A stretch of DNA of 64,000 nt from Azolla caroliniana. Taxonomy: Eukaryota > Plantae > Polypodiophyta. Position 1 is the first letter of the stretch, and every line of letters begins with the position of its first letter. This document shows, piece by piece, positions 1 to 11,899 of this stretch. The position numbers were made by a program, and so were the translations under genes. The stretch spans positions 18,724,001 to 18,788,000 of the forward strand of contig JBHGNT010000004.1 in NCBI GenBank assembly GCA_043228905.1. The letters run 5' to 3'. A model generated the notes under the pieces. It was not told the origin of the DNA, did not search any database, and saw only the letters and a program-made list of their open reading frames with translations.

Positions 1-1211
1 AGGTGGTGTGACACGACCAACTTGTTTGCATCATGTACATATATTTTGCCACATAGGCTTTATTCCAATCAAGTGATCGTACAAGAGTAATGTGTTTAAT
101 TCATTCATTCCTTCAGTTTATATTTTTCCATCTACAAAGGATGATAGCTACGTTCACAATGTCTTCAGACTTAAAATTTTCTTTCGTGTCAACAGGATAT
201 TAATTTCGTTGTAGGTTCAAGCTTTGACAATAAACAGAGTCGACCTTGGACCATTCCCTTTTTCAATAGTGTGAAGATCATATATCATGAGGGAAATATT
301 TGATAATCGATACAATATCGTATTATCATCCCCCCAAAGTTCAAATGGGACAAAACTATTTACCATAAAACTATTTCAAGTAGTGTGTGTAGAGCTAAGC
401 CATGTCTTCTCTTAATGTTCAAGAATTTTACTAGTGGACAAATCTAATAGGAGAAAATACCTCATTGTAAAAACATGTATTTGTTCAAAGAATCCATAAG
501 GAGGTGTTAACACATCACATATAATTGGAAAAACGTTGTTGGATATATTTATAGCTCTTATAGTCCAAAATATCCCCTTCGCCATAAATTAGTCTCATGT
601 TACATATTCTCCCCAAAACGGTTCACCCTGCCCTGAGTTTATTCCAAGAATAATTAAGTGTGAGTGAGTGAGTGAGTGAGTGTGTGTGCGCGCGCGCGCG
701 TGTGTGTACATCCACATTAAGACTATTGACGAAATATATGAAGGAGAAGAATTTCTTGCATTATATAACTTTCATGGTGTGAGTTATAAGGTGGCAATGT
801 GTTGATGAACAATGAACATTACTGGTATTCTTTAACGCTATTACTTATAGAAGATGTTACATGTTATTTTACAAACACACCCATAACGTTATTTTACATC
901 TTCTAACACAAATTTATATACAAACCTAGTCTTTTGTTATAATGCTCTTCCTTCCACTTGGTTTGTAAGGTCTTCCCTTACTAGCTCAAATTATCGCACT
1001 TGACCTTCCGAGGAATGGAAACTTGCCTTTCATGTTTGTGTGATTAGTATAATATTTCAACATGTAAAAACCTATGCAGGCAAATCCAATCTCCTTAAAA
1101 GTTTACATAAAAGCGGTTCAAGCTTCAATTTAGTCCAAGGAAACTATTTTCTCTTGGCCATGACATATCTATTACATTTTATGTTTGGTGTAGAGAAAAA
1201 TGTGCCATAGT

Positions 1212-1661
1212 TGTTAGTGTGATGATCTAATGTAAGCATATGATAAGGATATAATATATATGAAATAAGAAAGGAGAGAGAGAAGGGTGTCCATCCACCA
1301 TACCACCCCCGAGCGAAGGGATGGAGACGGACTCGAGCCTCGATCAGCGTCCCATACCACCGTTGTGGCGTCAAGTCGTACCTGGTGTTGGCGCGCTCGC
1401 TACAAGAGTTGACACACCACAATGTCAGAGTCTCGACGTTCGATAATGTGTCAAATGAGGGTAGCTAGCCCTCATATTTATAGCCAGACCTAAGGCCCCC
1501 ATGCCAATTCACACTTGGCTTAATGGGTTGTCTCAATCCCGAGTATTAAAAGTAATCCTCCCCTTCTTTACACTCTCGTTTAACCCTCACACTTTATCCA
1601 CGTGTATAGAATACTACGATAAATTCTCACCATGGGATATTATATGGTCATGCCCGTAACA
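1212..1661. mobile_element. Probable solo LTR
   Basis: Termini TGTTAG...GTAACA flanked by ATAGT (1207-1211) and ATAGC (1662-1666), a 4/5-matching TSD. The interior is GC-richer than the flanks and has no coding capacity. Confidence 0.45.
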
Positions 1662-1849
1662 ATAGCCCAATTTGGTGGCAAAAGCATTAGCATGTAGCTA
1701 GAGATAATATGGGTATGAATGTGACATATGCATCCGAGGGCATGATCATGAGCTCATTCATCACTATTATAATTTCTATGAGTATTGATCACATACACAC
1801 TACCTACACCTGTTGTTTTTCTTTTTTTTTCTTTTTTCCAAAAAGCACT

Positions 1850-2450
1850 ACTTCGCATTAGTTAGCAAACAGAATACACCAAATTTCAAGCAAGAAGATC
1901 CACTAGGGCTAACCTTAGAGAGATCAATAAATACAACTATGTGGATAAACTCCAAATCCAACAAAAAAATTTAAGCAAAACTCATACTGCCCTTCCCCCC
2001 ACAAATCCAGTAATAATCTCCACCCCCTCTTTTTAACCTCACCTCTACTTATCCCACCACACTCTTTTACTGGCATGAGCACAACCAAGTTACCCGAGTA
2101 GCGCGACTATGGTAACTTACTTGTGCCCCAACTGTACGTATTTACATCCCTTGTACAATATTGGGAGCCATTGGCGGAAACAACCACATGGGCAATGGTA
2201 GTTCCACTTAGGCCTCGTCGACAATTTGACCATCATGGGAGAATCACCCAATTTCAGCATGTTATTTGCATTCTTCCTTACTTAGAGAAAAGTACTCACT
2301 TATTTAACATCTTGTGGCTAATGTTTTTTAAGACTTTGGCAAAGAAACAAAGAATAACCTTCCTTGGAGAAATTTCTCGCTTTTTGTCCTCATTCGCTCA
2401 GAGGAAAACATGCGATAATGCCATGTTAATTAGCTCTATGCAAATAAACG
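1850..2450 (-). mobile_element. Degenerate 3' fragment of an L1-like LINE
   Basis: 2165-2235 (CCATTGGCGGAAACAACCA...TTAGGCCT...GACCATCAT) is clearly homologous to 47992-48062, which lies in the L1-like remnant at 47800-52910. A T-rich tract lies at about 1815-1837. Boundaries are approximate. Confidence 0.45.
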
Positions 2451-3126
2451 TATTAATTTCACTTGCTCGACACATGTCTACTCAAATCACAACCAAATAT
2501 GAAAGGTCATTTTCATGGCCACATTAAATCCCCTAAATTATCATGACCATAGTGTTGGAGTTTGTTTGCCCATAATTATTCTAGAGTTACCCATGTCAAA
2601 CATGCAATACATTCATAGGCCCCATGGTGAGAAAACACCAGGTATAGTTCTTAGAGCATTTATTGTGTCAAACTCACTAACTTACAACCCACTTCATTGT
2701 CATCTAAGCTTACAACCCACTTCATTGTATAAATTTCATTAGAGAGGTTCTCATATTATGTATATGAAATGTCTTGTTACACACATCGTAATACGATCTT
2801 TGTCTTATCGAGTCAAATTAGCTTTCACCATATGTGCACAATCGTTAAGGTGCATGAAGCTTTATGTGAAACGATGAGTCTATGGGCCATATTGGAACGC
2901 ATGAATAATTAGCATCGTGTTTCTCATCCATAGGAGATCTTCTACATACATTTTGGATTTGCAACTTCACATATATTCTCTCTAATGTGTATAATGAAGC
3001 AAGATTGTTGGATTTCCCACCCCAATTCATCTCATTACAAGATCATAAAGGTTTTGATTACATTCCTTGGAGGAATAGATCATAACGGTTCCCTTCTTTC
3101 AATACTCAGTAAGGGGTGTCTCCACT

Positions 3127-3560
3127 TTGCGTTTGAAAACCTACTGGAGATGGATCTGGTCATTTAAGGAGCCAACTAGATTTAATCTCTTCAGATGGCT
3201 ATTAGTGCATATGGCATTACCAATTGGTCATTCATTGAAAGGGAATGTAGCACCCAATCTTCGGCAACGTGGCTTTTGCCATGAAGCTAAGGAGACTGCC
3301 AAGCATGTCCTCTGGTCTTGTCCCTTGGCTCAACAAGCATGGAATAAAGTCCTTTCGTTATTCTTAACAATCAATGTCGGTTGCCTATTTTCATGGGGAT
3401 CAGCGATGTGGGGAGTGTTATATTCCAGCTTGATGTTGTATGAGACAAAAGATGTTCAGGAGGCAATGACGGTACATAATAGAAGATTGATATTAGTTCG
3501 AAAGCAGGTGTGATTGTGAACAAGAGAAGGAAGATGTTTCGTCACTTATGGAAAAAGTTG
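3127..3560 (+). mobile_element. L1-like LINE ORF2 C-terminal (zf-RVT) fragment
   Basis: Translation YWRWIWSFKEPTRFNLFRWLLVHMALP...GFCHEAKETAKHVLWSCPLAQQAW matches the zinc-binding region that follows RT in plant non-LTR retrotransposons. Confidence 0.7.
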
Positions 3561-6500
3561 CCCCTGTTTACAGAGTCGACTGAAGGGCCTCAATGGCACT
3601 ATCGACTTCCATGGACCCTTTCTTGAATATCAGTAAATCATGGTAGTGTACATCAACAAATTCCAATACCTTATACAAAGTCATATCCTTGGTGTTAGGA
3701 TTATTGTACATAAAAAGTTGTAAGCTTCTAGGTAGACAAGTTCAAGTCGTAGCCTTTCTGCGTTTTTTCTTAATACTATTGAAGAAAATAATTGAAGTAA
3801 TAACAACATCATGTCATTACCATATACATTTGGACTAAATTCTTTTAGACATTGACCTCCTCCTTACTTACCTTTTTATGAGGTCATTAAGTGCTTTAGG
3901 TGCAATAAGAAGACATCATTGCCTCATGTGCTGGCATAGGTGCCCCCTATACTTAGTGCTTAGGGCCATTTGTTATGATTAGTGCATGCACTATTTGTCA
4001 TGTGTCTTTATCATTGTCATCACTCTTACTTGTTCAACCAAGGAGACACCATGATCCATTTGTTGTGCCCTGGGTGCGTTCCTTGTTTTTTTCCATTCCC
4101 ACACACAACATAAACATCCTTGCATAAGCTTTGTGTCACATACTTGTATATCGTATGGAAATATACAAATGCATATGGTTGCATATCATTAAAACACTCA
4201 CCCATGCCCTCTCCACTTTAGTTATCCCTCATGTTGTTGCGTTTGTCACTCTTTATTTGGGTATTTTGTACCCTGTTTATTATTATTATTATGGATGCCC
4301 AAAGATGACGTACACATACACATGTTTTGTCTCATATGTTGTGTTTTGGCCTCTAGTAATTGTAATACTATTTCCATTACATATTTCTATCTTATTATGG
4401 TTTTGGCTAAAAGAAAGTCAAGGTTTGATCATGCTATGAAATAGGGAATAGTCTTAGGTAGACAAAGAACAACGCAAGTATGTGAAAGGCTATATAGTAG
4501 TGAGCAAGCCTCGAGAATGGGGATAATCAAACTCATAGGTTACACCACGTGTTTATCAAGGGCTAGTTCCATGTCAATGTCCTCTTGTCAATTGATGTCA
4601 ATCACAAATCTAGAGCCTCAAATCAAGCCACATTGCATGTCGATTTCTCAATTGCATTTAATTTTAAGAAATAAAAAAACTAATATGTTTGAAATAAAGG
4701 ATGCTAGCCTAGCCTAAGCTAGTTTCCTTCTAACAAATTGCTTTCCCTTACTCCAACCTAAAATTGGCCTACATGATGATAAATTGTGTTAATTTTGCAC
4801 ATGATATATTTATATGGGCAAAGTTTGAAAGTATGTGATGTGCAACTTCGTTTTTAGCAATGCATTATATTGCTCGTGACAAACCTCAAAGTGAGGTTAA
4901 ACCCCAAAATGAACAAGAAGGTGGACGAAAAAAAATTTAAATAGTGTTTTCCGTGTACCCACCAATATCATGGGTTCAACACAATGAAATATAGAGGTCG
5001 TCAAAACGGAAGGCTAACAATAAATATCCATTATACACACATAAATGTAAATGATAGAGTTCTTATTGTTATAAAGGCAAGTCAAGTCTATGACTAAATC
5101 AAGTGTGAATATGGTATAAAATTGAGAAGATGGGGTCTCTTGAAGCACATTCAATATAAGAGAATAAACTATGATACTACTTCTTATGAATGGAAATGTA
5201 ATTACTACACAAATAGATATTTTAATGAGGGCATGTAATGCCAAACTAGTGTGAAAGACTAGTATTAAGATATTGGGCATATAGCATGTGAAAGTGCCGC
5301 TCTGATTGAAGGGAGATTTAGTAAGAAGTCTATGTGATCCTTCATACTTGCCTCTCCACTAGTTGCACAAAAGACGTATCACAAACCACACACACATAAA
5401 TGGGACCAAATTCTCCCCCATCCATAGGCTACTATTGTGTTAGGCTTGGGAACCAACCACTGAGGAGCTAGCCCTCGAGACAAGGGTCTCCACCCCATAC
5501 CACATCGATGAGGCTACCTAGACTGAGATTCCAAGAGTGTTGATTACTTTATGAATCAAATAATGAGAATCAAATGTCCTAATTCTTCAATACCATATCT
5601 TCCTCCTTATATATCTCCTTTAAAATTAGGTTTCTTCAATACTAGAGGTCAAAAACCTTAATGACAAGTCTTTTAGATGGGGATGATGTTACAAGCATAC
5701 ATCACAATGTTTAGGAACTTCTTACTACCCTTTGAAATGAGGGAAAACTTTATAGACATCCATCCAGATGTATAGGGATTTATTACAGGCCTTTTAGACA
5801 AGGACAAATTTCAGTGCTCATCCATGTGTTTAGGGACATAGATCTTAATGTAAGGAACTTACATAGTAGCTCGTTATTACAACAAAACGTGCATATTAGG
5901 AATTCCATGATCTATTTGGAGAAGAATATATTATTTATGCACACGCTCAAGTGATATTTGAGTTGTTTTATGGAACATATATATATATATATATATATTA
6001 TATTAATGTAAACACACATGACTTGGGGGTAAGTTTCAGTTAAGTGAAAGCATGATCTTAAAGAAGACATGCTTGGATAGAGTCTGGAGAGTTATTGGAA
6101 TCCAATTTGCAACCCTAAAATGAGTTTTAGATTTAAAAATGACATAATGGAATGTGTTATGCACACAATAAATGATTCATAAGAAACAAATATTCATCAT
6201 GTTCCAAAGTCTGTTTTTTAAGACATGTCAAAGAATGTAGAATGTAGAATGTAAAGTCGATGTAATATGGTTGACTTGCAATTACAAATTTAATTGAGCA
6301 TGATCGTCTCTCGTTTTCCAAAAACAAATTCCAAACTCTAAGTTTGGAATCGTGAATGATGGCTACAAATACAAACACTTGTTTTAAGGACAATGATGCT
6401 TGTTTCCAACGTCCAAAAACTTGTGGCCCACCGTTGTTGTAGGTTCAAATGGTGCAAAAAAGTGTTATACAAAGGCAGGACATTAGTGTTGAGTTTTAAT

Positions 6501-6599
6501 TCCAAATATCAAACTCAGGAGACATACCCAACATTCCTCATTTATGCTTCCATAAAGCTCGATCCTTGCCATGAGTTAGGCCATATCCCACAAATTGGT

Positions 6600-8100
6600 A
6601 TCGATCTTCTGTAGACATTAAAAAGATCAATACTTTCATGTTGAGCAAATATTTGGAAAAACTACAGTTCCAATGTTGCATTGTCTTTAGAGTGCGCATA
6701 AGAAACTTCGAGCTGTTTTTTTCCAAATTGCTCTATAATGTTGCGGAAGCAAACTCTAATCCACTTCTTTCTTCCGTGAAAATTCGAACCGTAACAAAGG
6801 GTGATTGCACTTTGATTATCCATAAAAACGTTGGAGATAGAGTGCCAACACTTTAAAGGAATACTCTAAACCGCACTAGCTACAAACTAGTTGTTTTGTA
6901 TTCTGTTAGACAAGAGAATATAGATATGGTGCTTTGGTTCATGTTGAACTAAGGCATGGTTGACTAATCAAGAGAGAAGGGAAAACCAGCTTAACATCTT
7001 CCAGTTTTTTAAAATTTTTTTGAAAAAATCCTCCATTGGTATTAAAATTAAAGTGGCCAGAGGCAATATACAAAAATAGTCCAATAGTCCAATATTTCTA
7101 GGTAAAGATAATTACATATTGCACACCCTCATAAAGCTTGAGAGCTTCATCACCATTTCCATGCTCAACATCTCCTGATATTAACATATTCCATGTTACT
7201 ATGTTCTAAGTCGGAAGGTTGTCAAATACTTCTTGTACTTTGACAATTACGCCACAATTTACATACATATCCACTAACACAGTGCTGACAACTAGATCTC
7301 TTGTGCTTAACATCTTCCAATTAGAGAATGCAATGCCAAATAAATATATAGGTGCCTTGTTTCATCACAACCAGGATTGGACATCCATTGATTAGATGTC
7401 CCTTATGATACCTTATTGCTATTTTGATAGAACACCAACGAGAAAACTTGGGTTGAGCAATAAAATTACTCAAAAATAAAAATGGAAGTACGTGCAAATG
7501 AAAAATAAAGGCAACAACAACAACTAGGCATTGAGAATGTTGTTGCATCTTGGGTGGCTATTGCTTGAAGGAGTTAGAAAGAGCTTTGCAATTTTGAGAT
7601 ACAACGAAAAACAATCATGTCTTGTTCAGGTAAAAATAATGTTTGAGAGGGTCTTCCCAAAGCCATTCATGTAAGAGGGTGTTATCCATGAGAAGTAGAA
7701 TGGGCATGGATCTTATTGTACCAAGCTATTGGAACTTGCTTTAGGAAATAAGGACCCTTGGTAAGTGTACAAATGATATGCCCTTCTCATGGACCCATAA
7801 AGGTGTGTAAACGTATGCCCTCCTAACAAACCTACCAAGATGTACAATCTTCTTGCTTTTCTTGTAGACCCTCAAACATAAAAAGGTTTTGAAATAAAAA
7901 CATCTCTCGCCCAATTGGTGAATGTCCCACTTGGAGAAGTTTGTACGTGCAAGCAACTTCAAACATCACAGCATGGTTGGAGTAAAAGTTTGTATTTATT
8001 ACGTATATACTCTTTTTATTAGCTTTGCCTTGCAAAATGATCCACTTTGTGGCAATCAGTTTAGCATCTGGAGGTGCATCAATTAACTTGACGAGAAGAG
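6600..8100 (-). mobile_element. Highly degenerate Ty1/Copia RT-RNase H relic
   Basis: Manual minus-strand translation gives VKLIDAPPDAKLIATKW (RT start, about 8045-8093), KWDIHQL (about 7920), WCSIKIAIRYHKG (about 7400-7440) and MDNQSAITLC..SNFHGRKKWIRV..LEVSYAHSKDN (RNase H, about 6680-6825), in Copia order with many stops and frameshifts. Confidence 0.65.
7004..7304 (-). pseudogene. Retroposed fragment of a PLS-class pentatricopeptide repeat (PPR) mRNA
   Basis: Minus strand reads DLVVSTVLVDMYVNCGVIVKVQEVFDNLPT*NIVTWNMLISGDVEHGNGDEALKLYEGVQ (S and P PPR motifs). It is flanked by a perfect 15-bp direct repeat GCTTAACATCTTCCA (6989-7003 and 7305-7319), with a T-rich tract (decayed poly-A) at its 3' end near 7005-7021. 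Confidence 0.8.
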
Positions 8101-9288
8101 AGGCGGTTGCCTCATTGCATATTTGTAATTAAGGCCACAACGACGTGTTGATTCTCACATGACATTGGAGTGATTATAAGTATTACTAAAACCATTATTA
8201 ATCTAGTCTAGACCCAACAAGTACCTATATTAAAAGCCATATGTCCATCTAGTTCAAAGGTATAATACCAATGAGTGATGTCTTTATGGAGAGATACAAG
8301 CACTTTGTTGCTAAATAATGCATGCAAAAACTAGTCTTCGAAGAAGATAGTGAATATGAAGGAATTGCCTAGCCAATGCATTATGACAGTAGTTGATTTA
8401 AATTGCTTCTCAACAAAAGAAAGTGAGCAATACATATTTGTAACTTTTTGTTACTTGCACACCCGTATATCCTACCTCATGACAAATTAGAGGTCGAATT
8501 ATGGGATTTTTCTAAGGACATTCTACCCAACTTTGTGTGGACATGAGATCAAGCGTCCAAAGATAATAAAGACTAGTTGCCGTATTATTGCCCATGTTTG
8601 ATGAATATTGTCATATTCATCCTTTTGCGTACTATAGTGGAGCAAGTACAATACGAGATGCAACTAGTAGAGGCTTTGGGGATAATTGGTTGGGTGAAGA
8701 GTTAATCTATATCCTCATGATGTTGTTTAATATATATCCAGTGAATAAATTGTATGGATCTCAATGATCTCACACATCATGGGCACCCTAATAGGTAACT
8801 CAACAAACTATCTAGCAATTGCCAAATTGTAGCCACCCAAGTTGCCAAGTCGAAGCAAATTGACAGTGTCTATGTGGGGCTCGATTCATACATCGGGATT
8901 GCACTTTCCTCTTCCTTTACTGTCCTTAATATAAGAAAAGACAAGACAACAAATTGTTTATTATCACAATTCCATAAGTTAGTAATGCCTTACTTGGGCA
9001 ATCGAAGTTTGTAAGGGAAACAAGTTTGTAAGGGAAACAAAGAGGAGGTGGAAGTTCGTCGTGGTTGTAGATTGATTCTGGTCGATTGTCAGAACGTAGA
9101 GTGTACGGCACATTGTGATGTACGTAGACTATTTTACCGTGTGGCTAAAGGGAGACGATGGAGGGGGGCGGGGGGACCTCTACGAAGAGCCGTGTGTGAG
9201 CCGACACGGGAAAAGACAACTGGAAATTGACACGCATGCATGTCATGCCCGTGACATCGGACGGGCATGGGGAAGCAGAGCTCCTCGA

Positions 9289-9325
<37 letters not shown>

Positions 9326-9681
9326 ACATGGATGGAGAGACACACCCCCTCCTCCACCCCCACCCCACCCCCCAAAAGAAAATGTAATTTTGTTTGTAAA
9401 AAGGAAAAGTTGTATATTAGGAAGTGGATCTACCAGCAGTAACACAAACAACACACACACACACACACACACACAAAAACAGGAGGAAGAAGCAGGAGGA
9501 GGAGGAGGAGACACGTGGGCGGGGCGAAGGTAAAAAACAAACAAAATATAACCCCAACCCTAAAAAAAAGCTGAGGCATTAGCATTAGAACCAACCAAAA
9601 AAAACACAGAAACCAAAACGAACAAACAAACAAAACAAATGAAGAAGAAAGACGCTCTCTCTCTCTCTCTCTCCATTCATT

Positions 9682-9715
<34 letters not shown>

Positions 9716-10617
9716 TCTAGAGAGAGAGTGAGAGAGAGAGCATTCTAGAGGGAGACAGGCACGGCCGGTAGTAAGTGAGAGAGATTCTCAAAGAGAGAGA
9801 GAGAGAGAGAGAGAGCCATCCTTGATCCGCCATAGCCATCGAGCTCCTCCTCTGCCTACACACACACACAACACACACACACACACACACACACACTCTC
9901 TCTCTCTCTCTCTTCTTTTGCTCTATCAGTATCTATCCTCTTCACTGTCCACGTTCTCATTAACTCTCTCTCTCTCTCTCTCTCTCTTCCTCTTCTCCTT
10001 CTCCTTCTCCTTCCCATTCCTTTTCCTTCTCCTTCTCCTTCTCTGTCAGTGTGTCATTTTGTTTTAAGCTTCTTCCGCCTTTTTCCTTCCTTTTGCTTGG
10101 GGCCTTTCTTTGGGCAGGGCAGTGGGCAGCCGCCGCCATGTCTTCTTCCCTTCCCCTTCAACTGCAGACCTTCTTCGCCTGATTTCATGGCCAACAACTT
10201 AACTAACTAATAATCACACAGACCACCATCACTACCAACACCTCTTCTCCTTCTTCTTTCTTCCCCATCTACACAGCTACACATTATCCATCTTCCATCT
10301 TCATCTTAATCTTCATCTTAATCTTCATCTTAATCTTCATCTTAATCTTCATCTTCATATTCATCTTCATCTTCATCTTCATCACCATCTTCATCTTCAT
10401 CGCCATCGCCATCGCCATCTCCAGCTTCTTCTCTTCTCACACGCACTCTCTCACTCTCACTCACAGCCATTAGCCTCAGCTACAGTACCCCCCCCCCCCC
10501 CCATTCTGCACCTCAGCCTCCTTCTGTACTTAAAAAAAAGAAAACCCTAGCTCATCTTCATCTTCATCACCCTCTTCTCCCCTTCTTCTACCTGCAAACA
10601 CACATCCACACACACAC

Positions 10618-10654
<37 letters not shown>

Positions 10655-10655
10655 C
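9289..10655. repeat. Microsatellite-dense promoter/5'-UTR region of the CCCH-RRM gene: (GT)n, (CA)n, (GA)n, (CT)n, (TCTTCA)n, poly-C
   Basis: Directly visible simple repeats. A probable 5'-UTR intron runs from CAG|GTTT near 10717 to TTGCAG near 11503. Confidence 0.85.
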
Positions 10656-11899
10656 CATACAAACTCAGGACCAGCAGCTTCATCAGCTCCCCCGAGCTCC
10701 TGCGATCGTCAATCAGGTTTCACATTCTCTCCACTTTTCTGCTAGCTGTTGCAGGGTGTTTTAAATCTGCTTACGAATGTGTTCATTGCATTTATCCCCG
10801 GTTTTTGGCTTTGGCTTCAGCTCATTCTAGTTGTATTTCTCGTTCAAGATCCCTGTATTCAAGCTTCCATGGATCCGCTATCATTTTCCATCTTGGCATC
10901 CGCTATCATTTTCCATTCTGATCAATGACTTGCAAGTTATGTCTTTTTTTTTGCAAATATGTTTTCTCTGCGAGTTTTCCTCATTCAAGGCACTCTATTC
11001 AAGCTTCAAATGGAGGCGGCTTAGCCACAGTGATCCATATTTCTCTGCATATTTTCAATCCATATAAATAAATATCTGCAGTTTTGGTTTTTTTTTTCTG
11101 ATCGACATCTGTAGATTTCTCATTCCACCAACCTATTTTGTATTTCGTAAAGCTTTCATGGATTGTTTTCGCCAAGTGTTGTCTACGTGCCTCTGCGTTT
11201 TAATCTCTGCGATTACATTGCTCATTTGAAAGATCCTGTTTTCAATTTGCACGAGCCTCACTGTTTAGTGTTTTTTTGCATTTGGATATGGCCTCCAAAG
11301 ACATCTCTATTCAACATTGCTATTCTCTTTCTTAGCTTTCTCATTCCCAGAGCTTCCAATTGGAAGTTAATCAAGCTTCCATGGACTGCGTTAATATTAT
11401 ACGTGACTATTCCATATTCGTTGTTGATTCAACTATTTTTTTTCTCATTTCGGCTATTTTCAAGACCTCATACTAACCATTCAGCTATGGAGTTTTTATT
11501 GCAGATTCAGATTATATATGCAGATTGAGATCGCGGGTCGGGAATTGGTGTGAAATAGAGAGCTGATGTTTCTGCTTAGCTCGTGATCATAGAACAGTAC
11601 ACGATAGTAAAATTAGCCGAGAGATCAAAACGGATTCTTCAGGGGCTGTGCAAGAATCTGATATATCAAGCTCGGAATAGCTTGTATATTGCAGACTACC
11701 GAGAAAAGGGATTCTTTGGAGCCTCTGCAGAGATCTGAATACCAAGCTCCTCCGCGCATAGATTTTGGAATTCGCATTAGAGAGAAAAGGATTCTGCGGA
11801 GATCTGATCGATCTCTGCTTGTCCTCATCCTCTCTCTCTCTCTCTCTCTAGTATATAGATTCAGAAGAAGAAAAGGAACAGTATCCTATTTACGTAAAC

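Noticed and set aside
9048-10067. ORFs with CVCVCV/HTHTHT/LSLSLS runs
   Set aside because: Translations of dinucleotide microsatellites.
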